Source of the DNA: Monocercomonoides exilis PA203
Lineage: Eukaryota > Protista > Preaxostyla
Length of the DNA stretch: 64,000 bases
Assembly (NCBI GenBank): GCA_001643675.2
Contig: LSRY02000034.1
Location: 744,001-808,000 of the forward strand
Direction of reading: 5' to 3'
Shown piece after piece: positions 27,050-40,989 of this stretch; the first letter of the stretch is position 1, and each line of letters starts with the position of its first letter. The notes under the pieces were generated by a model, which ran no database searches, had not been told where the DNA came from, and was given only the letters and a program-made list of their open reading frames with translations. A program made the position numbers and the translations under genes.

Positions 27050-27845
27050 TTTTCATTAACGATAATATGGTTTCACGATGATTAATTAATCACTTTTGTT
27101 CATCAAATCTCAAAGGTTTCATTTAATGAATCGAATGAAAATTATATAAAACAAAATAATATTTTCGTGTATCCCAAATTTAACTTTTTTTGATTCTCAG
27201 TTTTCTTTTCTTTTTGATTATAAACCGAAAAAAATCCGATTATCAGAAAGCTTTTCAATTTCAATATTAATGAAGAAATAAATAAATTATATAAGTGGAG
27301 AAAAGAAATGACAATGAAAACTTGTTTACAATAATTCGGATGCAAATAGATCTCAATAAAAAAAAGAAGGTTTTTGACCACCCATTTTGTGTTCTAATTT
27401 TTTCAAAAATTGAATAATATATCATTATGGAATTTGTTTGAAACTTTTTCAAATTTGAATAATTGTTGTATTTCTTGTGAAAGAAAAAAATGGATGAAAA
27501 TATCAAATGTGAACGAAATAAGAATGAACCAATAAAACTAATTTCTAAACAGAAATCATCAGTTGTTTGTAGATTATGAAAACTCTAGTTTTCAAAACGA
27601 AGAAAGTGAAAGCCTCATCATGGCTCGGGACGAAGAATGCAGCGAATGACAATCCACTCCCGAAAGCATGAATCCGATTGGCAATGCTGTTTTCTTCCTA
27701 ATGAGACATAAACAAAGGAAGGAATTGCTTTCAAACAAATACTTAATTTTTCTCATCCAACATTCTCCCATCTCCACTTTTCAATTCCCCAGGCTTCTCA
27801 AATGCATTTCTCAAATGAAAAAAATAAATAAATAAAATCATTGCT

Positions 27846-30800
27846 TCATTCCATCCTAGTGAAGCTCCCATCTGTGTCTTCGCTGTCTGCCTCTTCACAT
27901 CTCGATCCATCTCCAATATCCAACGCGTCTGATGCCGTCACAAACATCGACCCCATCGGCATCTTCATTAACAGCTCCCGCTTCACATCCCCCAATGTCA
28001 CCCGCTCATCCCACCCCTGCACCACACACTTCTCCTCCAACTCCCGAAGACTGCTCCCTCCCATCTTCTCCACCTTCGGCCGCTCCCCATTCGCTATCTT
28101 CTGCCCTGCCACCACTCCCTCATACTCCCCAAACGGGATCTCCAGCGTCACACACTCCCACACCATCATCCCAATCGAGAACACAACCGACTCCTTCGTT
28201 GCCCCCATCTTCTTGTTCATCAGCAGCTCGGGTGCCTTCCACCTCAGGCACTCCTTCCAATTGTCATCTGCATCCTCAAACGCTGATGAGGGAAGGGAGT
28301 CATCATCATCATCATCATCATCATCACCATTATCACTGGCAGATGTCACAACTGTTGATGATGAGATGGATGAGGAATCTGAGTCATCATCAGATAATAA
28401 GTCAGAGTGCGTTACAATGCAGATCACCATGTGCTCTGAGAATAGTACAATGTGAGGACTCAAACTGGAAAGGGAAGAAAGAGGATTTTCCATCTCATCA
28501 AAGGAGTGGAGAGCAAGGTTAGCCACCCAGAACAGGATTTGGGCAGCTGTCATCTCCCTTTCCTGCAGACTTCCAATAGCCATCTCCTTCTTCTCGTTCC
28601 TTCCATGCAACAGCATGAACAATGAATCCCTCAGATCCACAATCAGCTTCTCATGGGGAGACGAGCAGGCCATTGTATCCACCAGATTCGACATCGACGA
28701 TGTGGTTGGACACAGACTTTCCGATCGAACAAATGTGGATTCTGTGTCTGATGTGTCTGTGGATGAAGTGGATGAAATGGATGGCGATGATGTTCTCTTC
28801 CTCGAAACATCATCTTCTTTTTCATCCACCTTCTCCAGCATCCATTCTGGGATTTTGTCAGAGTCTCTTCCAAGGATATATTCTGTTGATCCACTCTCTG
28901 ACAGAAGATGTTCTGATGACTCTGAATGCTCCAGTGTCTTGTCATACACTCTCTTCCTTATCCTCTCTTCATTTTTCTTTTCTGCCTCTTTCTCTGCTCT
29001 TCTCCACTGCTCCTCTGGTGACATCTCCATCGTCACCATCTCAAACGCCTTCGGATCTTTTCTGATATTATCGTTTACAATCTCTCTCAGATCTTCTGCT
29101 TCATTCTTCACCTTTCTCCACCGAACAACCAAAACAACAATCACTGCCAGCAACACAATGAAAACTGCACATGCAACCACAATAATAACCCAAAATGAGT
29201 TTGATCCTTTCCCTCCTTGAACAACATTTCCATCACCATTCTTCTCAGGCTCTGTTCTGTTCTTCAGGATGAAAGAGTCAGTTGATGATTGTTTTCCAGC
29301 ATCTCCAAACAGAATGCACACTCTCACTTCTGCCTCGTTTTCTGCCTCATTTATTGATTCCTTTGCCAATCTTCCTTCAACTTCTGTCTCTGACACATAT
29401 CCACTCTCATCACACTCATGCTTTTCTATCTGCTTTTCTTCTCCAATCTCCTTCACAACCATGAATGACAAGTCACATGGCAGCAGCTCCTTCCCTTTGA
29501 ACACAATCTCCACTTCTTCTCCCACTTCCTTTGCTTCAACATTTTCCAGGACTGGAATGAAGAATGGGGATGCTCTTTTAGAAATAATCCCTTCAAAATT
29601 GCATCCTTCATTCAGAATCCAAAGTGATGAATTGTCTTTCACTCCATCACCACCTTTCAAACTGGAGATTGTCAGTGAGGCAGAACTTGGGCAAACAATG
29701 TTTCTTCTGACTGATGGGTAATTCTCAATCGAAAGATTGTTGTCCTCAAATCTTCCATCTTTGATAATTATTGCGCCTCCACTCACACTCATCCCTCCCT
29801 TCGACGAGCTGCAAATCGTGGTGTCTCTCACAACTGCTTCACTCTTCGACAAGTCAACAATTGACCCATTCCATTTGCACACTTCATCAGGAATCTCATT
29901 CTCTTTTGTTCCTGAAATCAAATTTCCTTCAAACTTGCACAACTTCATCCAAATATTCTCACTCATTGCTGTTGCCACTTGACTCCCTTTAAGCGATTTT
30001 GACACACATTCATGGAAAGAGCAGTTACGAATCTCAAATCCACTCATTGGATGTGTTGTGCAAATAATGCTTGATCCAGAAGTTGATCGGCTGATGTTTG
30101 TGAACGATGACAACGCTAATGAAAAAACGAGTGAAGAATGGCCATTTTCAAATGAGATCAGACTTTCATTTTGCAAAGAGATATTTGTGGCTGTCAACTT
30201 TGAAATGCTCACTTTCTCACTCTTTCCACATTCAATCGCTGAACTCTTGCATAGGACATCATCCACTATCAGCTCGTCAAATATTGAACCTTCAGAATTC
30301 AATATCTGGAACATAGGCTTCGAAAATACCAAATGTCCGATACTACATCGATCAGACTCAAATATCCCATCTTCAACAATCAAGAGAGAAAAGTCAAAAA
30401 GGGTCCGCGAATTCTCCATTGATCCGCTCTCTGATAAGAATGAAACAGATTCGAGAATAAGAGATCCATTCAATTGGTGTATTAAGCATGAGCAGACAAC
30501 ATTCCCCATTCCACCAAAAACGAACGACACCTTCTCAATTCGAACAGACTCTGATGTCGTCACAGCTTCTTCACCAGCCAAGTTCATCTCATTCACTTTT
30601 ATCTCCCCATTCCTGCTCGCCTCCATCGACTTGATTGTCACCTTCTGAGCTGAGCATGAACCAGTCAATTCTGTTTCATTCCATATCAGCAGCTGCGAAT
30701 AATCCTATGGGATGATGTGGCTCACCCCAACATTCAGCGATGAGCATGTGCTCTTCATCTCCCCACACTGCTTGCTGTTGCTGTTATACCCCACAATCGA

Positions 30801-33800
30801 TGAAACAAATATGAATCGCTCCTGAACACAAACACCCTCCTCAGCAGATCCTCTTCATCCCCATAATTGTCTGCTGTACATCCCCATATCGCCAGCTCCC
30901 TCACAAATGGCTCCCCAAAATTTATCAGGAACTGTGACTCACTTATCTGCGAGTCAAGGTCTGTGCACTTCACAAACACATCTCTCCCCTTCGATGCAAC
31001 ATTCCGAAGGAATGTGATGTTCGACAGCACAAATGGCAAAGTCCTCTGTGCAACGCTCTGTGATTTCAAAAACAGTCCTCCGCCTCTCCCGATGTTCGAA
31101 CAGAAACACTCTGTCACATTTGTGTGATTCACTTCCAATCTCCCCTTCTCATTGAGAAGGAAAAACACTCCACCTCCTTCATGAGAACTTGTCGATCCAC
31201 AATTGTCAATTGTCGAATTCCATATTTTCAACCTCACTTCATTTGGCACATCACAACAAAGCAACGAAGGGTTGCTTGACCCATTGTGCTTCACACTCAC
31301 AAATGTGCATTGTTCAAATTGAATATTCCATATTTCTTCTGCATTATCATTTCCATTTCCAGGAATCTCACTTTCACTCGTCGCAATTACACTTTTCCCA
31401 CTCAATGAAATATCTTCAAATGTCACATTGTTCATGGTTGTTACACAATCAGCTGATATGCTCATTATCTCATGCATCGTTGAGAATCCAGCTATTTCTG
31501 TCTTTTCAATCGAAACAATTCCTTTCAATGCACTGATCAACACAAATGACACCTCACTTTCAGCATTGCCACTTGGATGAATTGTACAGCTCACAACACT
31601 CGTTTTGATTGCATCTGATCCTGTTTGGATGAGGGTGTTTGCTCCGTTGTCAAAGGAACTGGGGGTCAGAATCCCCAATTCACTGAACTGAACAACCCCT
31701 TTGCACTCAACAACAGTATCTCCATTCACTTCAAGTGTTTGAGCAAATTGAATTTTGTCTGTTTCCATATTTGTCCCTTCCAGTTTCATCCCACTCATCT
31801 CAATCACACTCCTCACATCACAAACCCCCTGAACTGCAATTGATTCAATCCCCAAGTTACTCCCTCGCTTCACCCCATAATCAACAGATCTGCATGGATA
31901 CTCGCTCAACCCACACACAACCACATTGTTTCCTTCCTCCGCAATATGCACACTCAATCCAACTTCTTTCCAGAAATAGATCAGAGGGATTACACACTCT
32001 CTGTTTTCTCCATCATATCCTCTCATCGAGTCCTCTGTCAGCATCTCCAATCTGTCTTTCACAAATGGAAGCGTTTCGTTCTTGATGCTCTTGGCAAGCG
32101 ATGCAGATGAAATGAACAGGTCCTTCCCATATTTCGCATTGTTTGGCTTCTCAGATGAAAAAACTGGTGAGGAAATCACAAACCCTTCCTTTCCTTCTTC
32201 TTCTTCTTTCAGTATCTTCAGCATTATTCCTCCTCCATATCCAACACTTCCCTCTTCATATGGTGCTCTGCAACAATAAAACGAACACAAACTTATCAAA
32301 AGATTCGTGTTCGAAGATGCCTCACAAAAGAGTGCACCTCCTCCAATCTCAGTTCCCTCCTCTCCAGTGATAGCACACCCTTCGAATGTGCAGTCTTCTA
32401 TTTTCACTATGAAATCTCTTCCATCATCATCATCCCCATTGTTCGCAATGCTGATGCATCCTCCACTTCCCTTCGAACCAGTGATCGATGAAAATGTGCA
32501 TCCTGACATCTCTTCAATAATCCCCTTGTGGCACTCAACAACACTCCCATCAACAAATATGATTTCGGAAAAATCACTATGAGTCATATTCATCGAAGGC
32601 ACACTTTCAGCATTCCCCTCAACAACAAATATCGATGAATCTCCAATTTTCATGTTCCTTGATCCAAACTCACTCACCTCCACAACCCCTCCAACAGCCT
32701 TCACAAACGCTGTCGAAATAGATTCAGTGCCTCCTTCCATCTCACATCCATTCAGTGTGAGCTTCCCTGAATGGCACTCAAACACACTCTCATGAAATGT
32801 CAGCGATTTCTTCAAAGAAAATACAATGCCAGTCACACACACAGAAACTGTGTTTTTTATCAATCCACTTTGAGCTCCCTCTTTCTGATCACAAACATCA
32901 CACTTCGTCTCATCCTCTTTGGGTGCAATGCTCCATTCATCTGTACTCAAGCTCAATTCCTCCTTAAAGGCAAATGGCTCAATAATTGAGATATCCTTTT
33001 TCTTCCCTTCAAAATAGATTGACGCTGCCTTCGAAATCTATGAGCACGGAAACTCTTCATATCCACACTTCGAGAAATCATGGCTCAATGATCCTCCTCC
33101 CACAAACGCTGGCGCTGAAAAGTTATCCCACAGATACACCACCAGCGGAATGAAAAATGTTTCATTCGATGTTGATCTCTCAAACCCATTCAGCCTTGTC
33201 AAGTCACTCATATCAACTCCAAATCCAATCGAGCTTCTGCAAATCGCACTCGAAAGATCATTAGCATTGATGAAGATTTCTTTCCCCTCTCTAGCATCAC
33301 ATTCTGAAAATGACTTTTCTTCAAAATGAATGTGCTTGCTCCATCATCCAAATGAAGATAAATCCCTCCTTCATATCAATGTTCTCCATATGTGTTTCGC
33401 TTTGCCTTGCAATCCACAAGTTGAAATAAATCACTGACATCATTTGATGTTATTGCATTCACTTGGTCAGTATCTGTCATGTTTCCCACAGTGAAGGATG
33501 ATTCTTCTTTCATCTCAACCCACAGCCCTCCTACATTTCCTCCTTTGCTCTCACTCCCAGATATCAGCCCTCCAACTACTTTTAGAGAGCAATCTCTCCC
33601 AAGTGTGCATTCAACAGCTCCTCCATTTTCCCCAATCCCTCTGAATCTATTCATCATGTTGTTTGTGAGCTTCAAAATCTTGGCTGAATTTGATGAAATT
33701 ATTTGCATTGATTTTGTTGATGATGATTTTGTTTGAGAAGATGCGTTCACTGAAAGTGGTGAATCTATAATCGAAAAAGAAGCTCCATTTGCCTCCTCAA

Positions 33801-36800
33801 ACAAAACGCTATTTGTCTCAGAGAAAATATCTTCAACGATCATGGATGTGAATGTGCCAGCAACATTGCTTCCATCAAGAGAAATCAATGGACAATTGCC
33901 AATGGTCAAGGGCAATGCATTCAACGATGAAACAGAAACTTTCCCTGTTGTTGTTGACAAAAACACATAAGACAACGCTGATTTGGAGTCTTGAAAAGTC
34001 AGCGAGCAATCTTCAAGTGAAAATGATTGTGAGGCGGAACTGAAGAATGCTTCATAATTTGGAAGAGCAGAAGGAACAGAGAGAATTAGCGAACTCAGAT
34101 ATGCTATTGCAATGACTGTTATCATGCATCCGTCACTTCTATCCGGATCATTGCCCACCTTCCATCCACTATTTCCATCTTTCCCTCTGATTGTGTGCTT
34201 GAAGGAGTCGAATATCAACTCATCTTGTATTTCAATCACCCCATCGACAACAATCTTCTTTTCTTCTTCTTACCTTTCCAGTGAGTGCTTCAGAGTCATG
34301 CAGGGAAATTCAGCAAATCCACAAAAAAAGTGATAAAATGCATCTGCATTGCTCACATAAATCTCATCAGAAATTATCATCAGATAAGCGCACAAAGGAA
34401 TCGGAATTGAATCATCGCCTTTATCGAATCCTCGAATTTCATCCAACAACGGATTTGAAGCTGTCAATGAAGTGATCTTCCCACTTGTTGCTGTTAATTC
34501 CAAATCAATCGAGTCAACAAAAATGTCACTTCCCCATTTCGCCCTGTTTCCTTCAAACGCTGATGAAATCAGAAACTCTGCACTTGTATCTTTCACTTTC
34601 AGTCCAATCCCTCCTCCTCTCCCTTGAGTGATCGAAGCAAAACAGTTCTTCACAACACCTCCATTCATCGTCAATGAACCAACATTCCCCATTTCAACCA
34701 TCATCCCTCCTCCAAACTCAGAGGCTTCACTCCCACAGCCATCAAGTACGCATCCCTCAAGAGTTATTGAATGTGACCCTTCACTCACACTTATCAGCGA
34801 TGATCCTGCTGTTGTCCTCACAATGTTGTTGAATGTGCAGTTATCCAGAGACAATGAAACAGAAGATCCTTGAGGCAGAGATATCACACTTGTGGAACTG
34901 AATGTTCTCCCCCATCTCACATCTTGCATCTTCAACTTTCCCCCTTCCAGTTTCACGAGTGAGTTCTGAATACACCTCTCCACTGAATGAGCAGAGTCCA
35001 TGGATTTGTTCAATCTCTTCACATCTATCAATCAACTTCCTTGAACTTCAAACAATCTGCATTGTTTGTTGCTTTCAAACGATGTATTGTGAATCACAGA
35101 CAGATCGTTCACAGTCAATCCTCCTGTTCCAACGCAAAACAGACTCAACCCATTAGCCTCAAATTTTGTTGCAATGGCAGACCCAGATGATGAAACTTTA
35201 TTTTCAGAGATCGTTTTCTCTCCAACATCAATTCCTTTTCCTTCAACAACCATTCCAGCTAGTACCCTGATTTCTTCCACAAACCCCGCAATCATTAGGG
35301 ATAGACAATGGCTAATGGTCAAACATGCACATGATTCATTCAATCCGCAGTTAAATGTGTCTTTTGCATTGGTTTGAATCTCCTTCGAAGAAACAAATCT
35401 GCTTCTTCCTCCTTCATTTGGAAGCCATTCACTTTTATCTCCCTCTGCAAAATACCTAATTCCTTCGGTTCGTGTGGAATAACAACAAAAAGTCTGTGGG
35501 TTTAAGCAGTCGTCAACAACATGAATGTTATTGCCATAACTGGCAGTGTTATTATGAAAAAAGCAAAACCATAACATATCTCCTCCAAAAGTCTGAACCC
35601 TCATTGCAACACCGCCTCCACAATAAATAGCATCACAGCTTTGGAATAAACAATTTCTCGTAACTAATTTATCAATTGGGCTCCAATGAAGAAGTCCGCC
35701 ACCATATGAATAACTTTTGTTAAGCACAGCACAATTAATATTGGGTTACACTTTCACCTCTGACCCTTTTTTTTACCCCCACCCTTTTTTTTGTGGAGCT
35801 GGCTACGGCTTAATACAAGCTTGTGCCAACAAAAAATAACTTGAAATGCTTATTTTAATATATTCAACTAATACAGAAAAAAATTTTTTCGAATTTTTTT
35901 GACTTAGAGATCTCAGTTTTTTTTAATTTTATTTTTTGATCATTGAATTGATGGTCTTTCCATGAATATAACATACTGGAAGTTTTAAGGAACATCATCA
36001 TTGCACATCATATCCTTTTTATTGTTTTTATAACTTTTCACATTTCACAAGTTTATTTTTCACCTGTTTTCTCATTTCATCGACTTTTCGAAAAAATGCA
36101 ATTCCTTAAAGATTTTGAGTTTTTGAAAATATTTTTAAGATTATCCTTAATATATAGTTATTTTTTAATCATGTGGAATCACAAAAAAGTTTTTCAAATT
36201 TGATTTTGAATCGAAAAATGAAAAACATCATTTTCGGTTGTTTTGAATTTTTCAGCCAGAAACATTTATTCAGCAAAATATTTAGTGAGCTTGCAATAAT
36301 ATATTGAGTTAAAAATAAGAGACAGCTTATAAAATTAAAAAATTGTCTTTTACACAATCAAAAATTGCATTTTATCAAAAAGTCGATGAAATGAGAAAAC
36401 AGGTGAAAAATAAACTTGTGAAATGTGAAAAGTTATAAAAACAATAAAAAGGATATGATGTGCAATGATGATGTTCCTTAAAACTTCCAGTATGTTATAT
36501 TCATGGAAAGACCATCAATTCAATGATCAAAAAATAAAATTAAAAAAAACTGAGATCTCTAAGTCAAAAAAATTCGAAAAAATTTTTTTCTGTATTAGTT
36601 GAATATATTAAAATAAGCATTTCAAGTTATTTTTTGTTGGCACAAGCTTGTATTAAGCCGTAGCCAGCTCCACAAAAAAAAGGGTGGGGGTAAAAAAAAG
36701 GGTCAGAGGTAAAAGTGTAACCCTATGAACAATCCAAAATGCATTTATTTGTTTTCATTGCTTTCGAACTCCAAATTCCAATTCCGCCTCCATCGTTTTC

Positions 36801-37856
36801 AGACCATTCATCTTTGAATAAACAATTCTCCACATATGCTAGAATTGTCATTCCTTCTATTTCTATCCCAGCATTTCCATTATTTGTTGATTGCATATAA
36901 TAGCACTCAACAAGTGTGAAATGCTTCACAGCGCATTCTGCAATGCTCAGAGGAAACATTCCCCCTCCTCATGCGGATGTTGCATTGCATTTCACAAAAG
37001 ATGAATTCTCAACAGTCAGCGTTGCATTCGAATTTTCATGCACATAAAGTGCTCCACAACATGGAGCAGAACATCCATTCCATTCAGCGTTCATAAAGTT
37101 CTGTGTTTCTGTTGTTGATAGCCTGTCTGTATTCTTCGCTCTCCAATGCACTCTTTCGTTGTTCACGAAAGTGCAATTGTTGCAGGAAAAGAAAACAGAT
37201 CCTTCTGTTCCGCTCACAATCCCTCCTTCAAGCACATTCATTGAACTTTCAACTTGACAATCTTCCATTACGCTCATTTTCATCATCAGCTCTTTTTCAA
37301 TTTGCTTCGTCTCTCTTTCGCTATGTTTCTTTGTGATATTCACAAATTCACAGTTTTTAATTCCTTCAAAACATCCTGAACCTTCTCTCAAAAGGCTTCC
37401 ACTCCCACAAAATGCAATATTCTTCCAAACACATTTTCTCACAAGCAACAATGAATCTTCAGCATTCATCTGCACAACGCTTTCCATCAACTCAAAATTG
37501 TCGTTGTTTTCAAAATTCAAGGAGGTATTGATCATTTCGCATGTTCCTTCATTTTTGACATAATGATGATAAGAATCACTCTTTTCCAAAAGTTGACTGT
37601 TTTCAACAACAAGGAGTGATCTTGTGAAGATATCGAATGCTAAGCAGCCATCGCGCTTTTCGACCAATATTCCCTTCAATTTAACAGTTGAATTGAAAAT
37701 TTTGCTGAGTACATGAACAATACTTCCCTTTGCCGAAGCATCACTCTTCTTCGCAACAGGAATGCAAAAGGTGACTTTTCCGTTGCTCAGCAGTTCATTT
37801 TCATCATTGCCACAGAATGATAAACTCAAGCACAAAACCAAAACAAAAGGAGTCAT
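27846..37856 (-). pseudogene. Disrupted giant receptor-like gene (signal peptide, Cys/Gly-rich beta-helix-like ectodomain, TM, C-terminal pseudokinase)
   Basis: Collinear same-strand ORF fragments (36969-37856, 36723-36959, 35032-35727, 34270-35031, 33376-34239, 30755-32956, 27846-30668) broken by frameshifts/stops and one foldback insertion. TM FWVIIVVACAVFIVLLAVIVVLVV; kinase C-lobe LRWKAPE...VFSIGMMVWE...IPF. Confidence 0.8.
35743..36723. mobile_element. 981-bp non-autonomous foldback DNA transposon (family B), ~350-bp TIRs
   Basis: GGGTTACACTTT(C/T)ACCTCTGACCC... is mirrored at the right end, with near-perfect complementarity 35743-~36100 vs ~36365-36723. It interrupts the host reading frame. 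Confidence 0.92.
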
Positions 37857-38942
37857 TTCAACAAAGTGATAATGGGTTGGAGAAAACCATTATAGCAGAA
37901 GCATTCGCAAATTATTATTATTCCCATTTCAATAACAACTCTTCTCATTCAGCTTCCATTTTCTGGTACAAATTTTCTTCTTTTATTTCCATTTTTCATA
38001 TTCAATTAATTGTGATTATTAATTCCAAGAAACTTCCATTTTCAATAGATTTCTATTTTTTCTTCAATTTTTTAAGATTTTGCCTTTCCGACCATGTCTT
38101 GTTTGAATGAAATTCCTCATCCGCTCAGCTCCTTTATCATCTTCGTCCATCTTCATAAAAATGTTTCCTTTCACCGGAATTTATCTGTTTTCGATGCATG
38201 ATTTGATAGACTTTTGAAAATACAAATGGAGATAAAAAATATAAAAAAAAGAAAGATGAAAATGAAAATTTAAATACCGAGAAATAATTCCGAATGTTCA
38301 AAAGCAGCATATTATTGATTTGCTTCATTGAATAATATTGTTTCAACTCTTCATCGTGTATCCAAATCCTCCTTTTTTGGAACGTCTTTACAGGAATTTT
38401 TTTTCATTTTTTCAGAAATAAATTGATTTTCAATTCCATATCCTTTGTTCTTTTTCTTTTCTGATTTTTCTTCATTTTCGACCTCTTTTGATCCTCGTTT
38501 TGCTCTCTTCTATTTCATGTCAAATTTTTTCAAGCCTTCTTCTTCTTTAATGCATTCAATGTTTTCCATCAGAACTGTATTCAACTTTATTTTTCTTTTT
38601 TCTAGTTTGTTTTTGAATCAATCTAACTTCAGAGCATTTTCAGTCAGTAATCCAATGAAATTCTTCCTTTTTCAAATATTTTTCTATTCTATTAAAAATA
38701 CCTCAATTCAGCGATTTCTCACCTTTATTGAACATTAACAATTGCTTTTTAATGAATAAGAGGAGATTTGGAGATTGCTTACTCATGGAAATTGCTTCTT
38801 CCAAAAAAAAAGTTTTCCATATTTCCATTTCCGCAATTGAGTTGTTATGTTGTTCACATCTTTGTCATACCAATGGATTGTTGGAGAGTTTCTGTGATTA
38901 ATAATCAAAATAACCCATTTTTCTTATGATTTAATACAGATA

Positions 38943-39945
38943 AGGTGGTTTTTTTATCCGGTCAATTTTTTTATATTCCGGACATTTTTTTTATTGGCGT
39001 ATCTCACTAAATAAAAACTAAAAACAAAAAAAAGCATATTGCACCAGGTTTGAGCACGTATTAAATGTTCATCCAAAAAATTTTTTTGTCAATTTTTGTT
39101 TTTGATGAAGATCTTGAGAATTTATAATTTATTTTTGATCATTTGTTTTGCTCGTTTATAATCGACTCTCTTTTTCTGTCAGTTTTTAGCCACTGGACCA
39201 TGAATCATTCATAATTATCATATATAATTTCAAATCTTTTTTGTTTTTTCTTATTTTTTCACGAGTTTTTCGCATTTCATTGTTTTTGAAGAAAATTTTA
39301 TAAAAACTCATATTTTCTCAACTGTTTTTTATTCTTTCAAAAAAAATATTAAAATTTTGTGCAAATTTGATAAAAATGCATTGCTTCTCAAATTTGTTTG
39401 TCATATTTCATAAAATCAAAAACAAAATGAGCAATTTTGTCATAATGAAAAATCTATTTGTACTGTTGAAACAACAACATTTTTCAAAATTTTCACGTTG
39501 TGCATATTTACTGCAAGTATTTATCATTTGACGCATATCACAAAAAACATCTTATAAATATTGTGAAGCTCATTATTTTCAGTTTTTTAAAATTTTCTTC
39601 AAAAACAATGAAATGCGAAAAACTCGTGAAAAAATAAGAAAAAACAAAAAAGATTTGAAATTATATATGATAATTATGAATGATTCATGGTCCAGTGGCT
39701 AAAAACTGACAGAAAAAGAGAGTCGATTATAAACGAGCAAAACAAATGATCAAAAATAAATTATAAATTCTCAAGATCTTCATCAAAAACAAAAATTGAC
39801 AAAAAAATTTTTTGGATGAACATTTAATACGTGCTCAAACCTGGTGCAATATGCTTTTTTTTGTTTTTAGTTTTTATTTAGTGAGATACGCCAATAAAAA
39901 AAATGTCCGGAATATAAAAAAATTGTCCGAATAAAAAAACCTCCC
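38943..39945. mobile_element. ~1003-bp non-autonomous foldback DNA transposon (family C), ~365-bp TIRs, TA flanks
   Basis: 38943-~39308 is the reverse complement of ~39580-39945; TA at 38941-2 and 39946-7. Confidence 0.9.
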
Positions 39946-40314
39946 TAGATAAAAATTTTAATCAAAATCCATCTTGAAAAGAAAAATCTCAAACATGCAA
40001 TTCCTTTTATGTTTATGTTGTTGAAGTTTTGAAGTCTGTTTTCCCTTCAGATTCAAAGTCTGGCATAATTTTTATTTCTATTACATTTTCGTGTTCAATG
40101 CAGCCTTTCCGAGCAAATTAAATAATCCAAGGCATAATTAAATAATATCAAAGTAATCAAAACTTTAATGTTTCTATTGCAACATATTTATTAGTGTATT
40201 CTAACAATCTTTATGTTATTATAAATGCTTGAATATGACTTGTATATTTTTTATGAAAAAAATATTATTTTGGGTGAAACAAACGTTTTATGGGTTTGAT
40301 CAAATAAAAAATCA

Positions 40315-40772
40315 GTGAAAACGGCGGATCCCGAAGATGAAAAGGATCATAATTTTGAACTTTTGAAAACATTCACTGATGAAGAAAAGGCTTGGCTGTG
40401 GTTTTATCGATTTGTTTTTCAAGACAAAGAGATATGGCATATCAGCTATTTATCCATTTCGATTTTGATCAATCAAATATATCGATTTATGTATATCTGA
40501 TGGTTGTTATCATCTTGAATAATAAGTTGGAATAGGCAATGATAATAAGATAGAGATCGAGAGTTATTGCTCATATTCTTAGGGTTTATCATGACAAGAT
40601 TTTCAGTGATGTTCTATAAAGAAGGAGTTATTGTTTGGTGCAATCGATATGTATCTATGGCTGACCTACAATATCTCCAAGGAGGAAATTAGCTAAAAGA
40701 TTAGCTGAAAGTGTCGGAGCTGGTGAAATAATGGTGAAAATTGATGAAATCGTTGGTGGAAATCGCAAATAA
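40315..40772 (+). pseudogene. N-terminal remnant of a Merlin/IS1595-like DDE transposase (mirror copy at ~44129-44586, minus strand)
   Basis: Across frameshifts: LLKTFTDEEKAWLWF, ELLLIFLGF...VIVWCNRY and VGAGEIMVKIDEIVGGNRK*, resembling the Merlin G...VEIDE...GxRK motif around the first catalytic Asp. Confidence 0.55.
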
Positions 40773-40806
40773 AAATAATTGATTTTGTTTTTTTGTTTTA
40801 TCGTAA

Positions 40807-40989
40807 ATGGGTCGGAAGAAGATATGCGCAATTGTGGAAGAAGCTAAAGCGGCTCAACAGAAACAAACTAAACAGTTTCAGGAAAAACGTAAGGAAGAAA
40901 CAAAGTATTACAACGAACATGTATCTGAAAAACAGAAGAAATTGATAAAGATCTTGAGAGAAAGCTTGTCGAAAATGATGAGTTGTTAA
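40807..40989 (+). CDS. 60-aa basic coiled-coil ORF in left arm
   Basis: ATG-initiated MGRKKICAIVEEAKAAQQKQ...KYY; identical copy in the other arm. Confidence 0.45.
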   Translation: MGRKKICAIVEEAKAAQQKQTKQFQEKRKEETKYYNEHVSEKQKKLIKILRESLSKMMSC

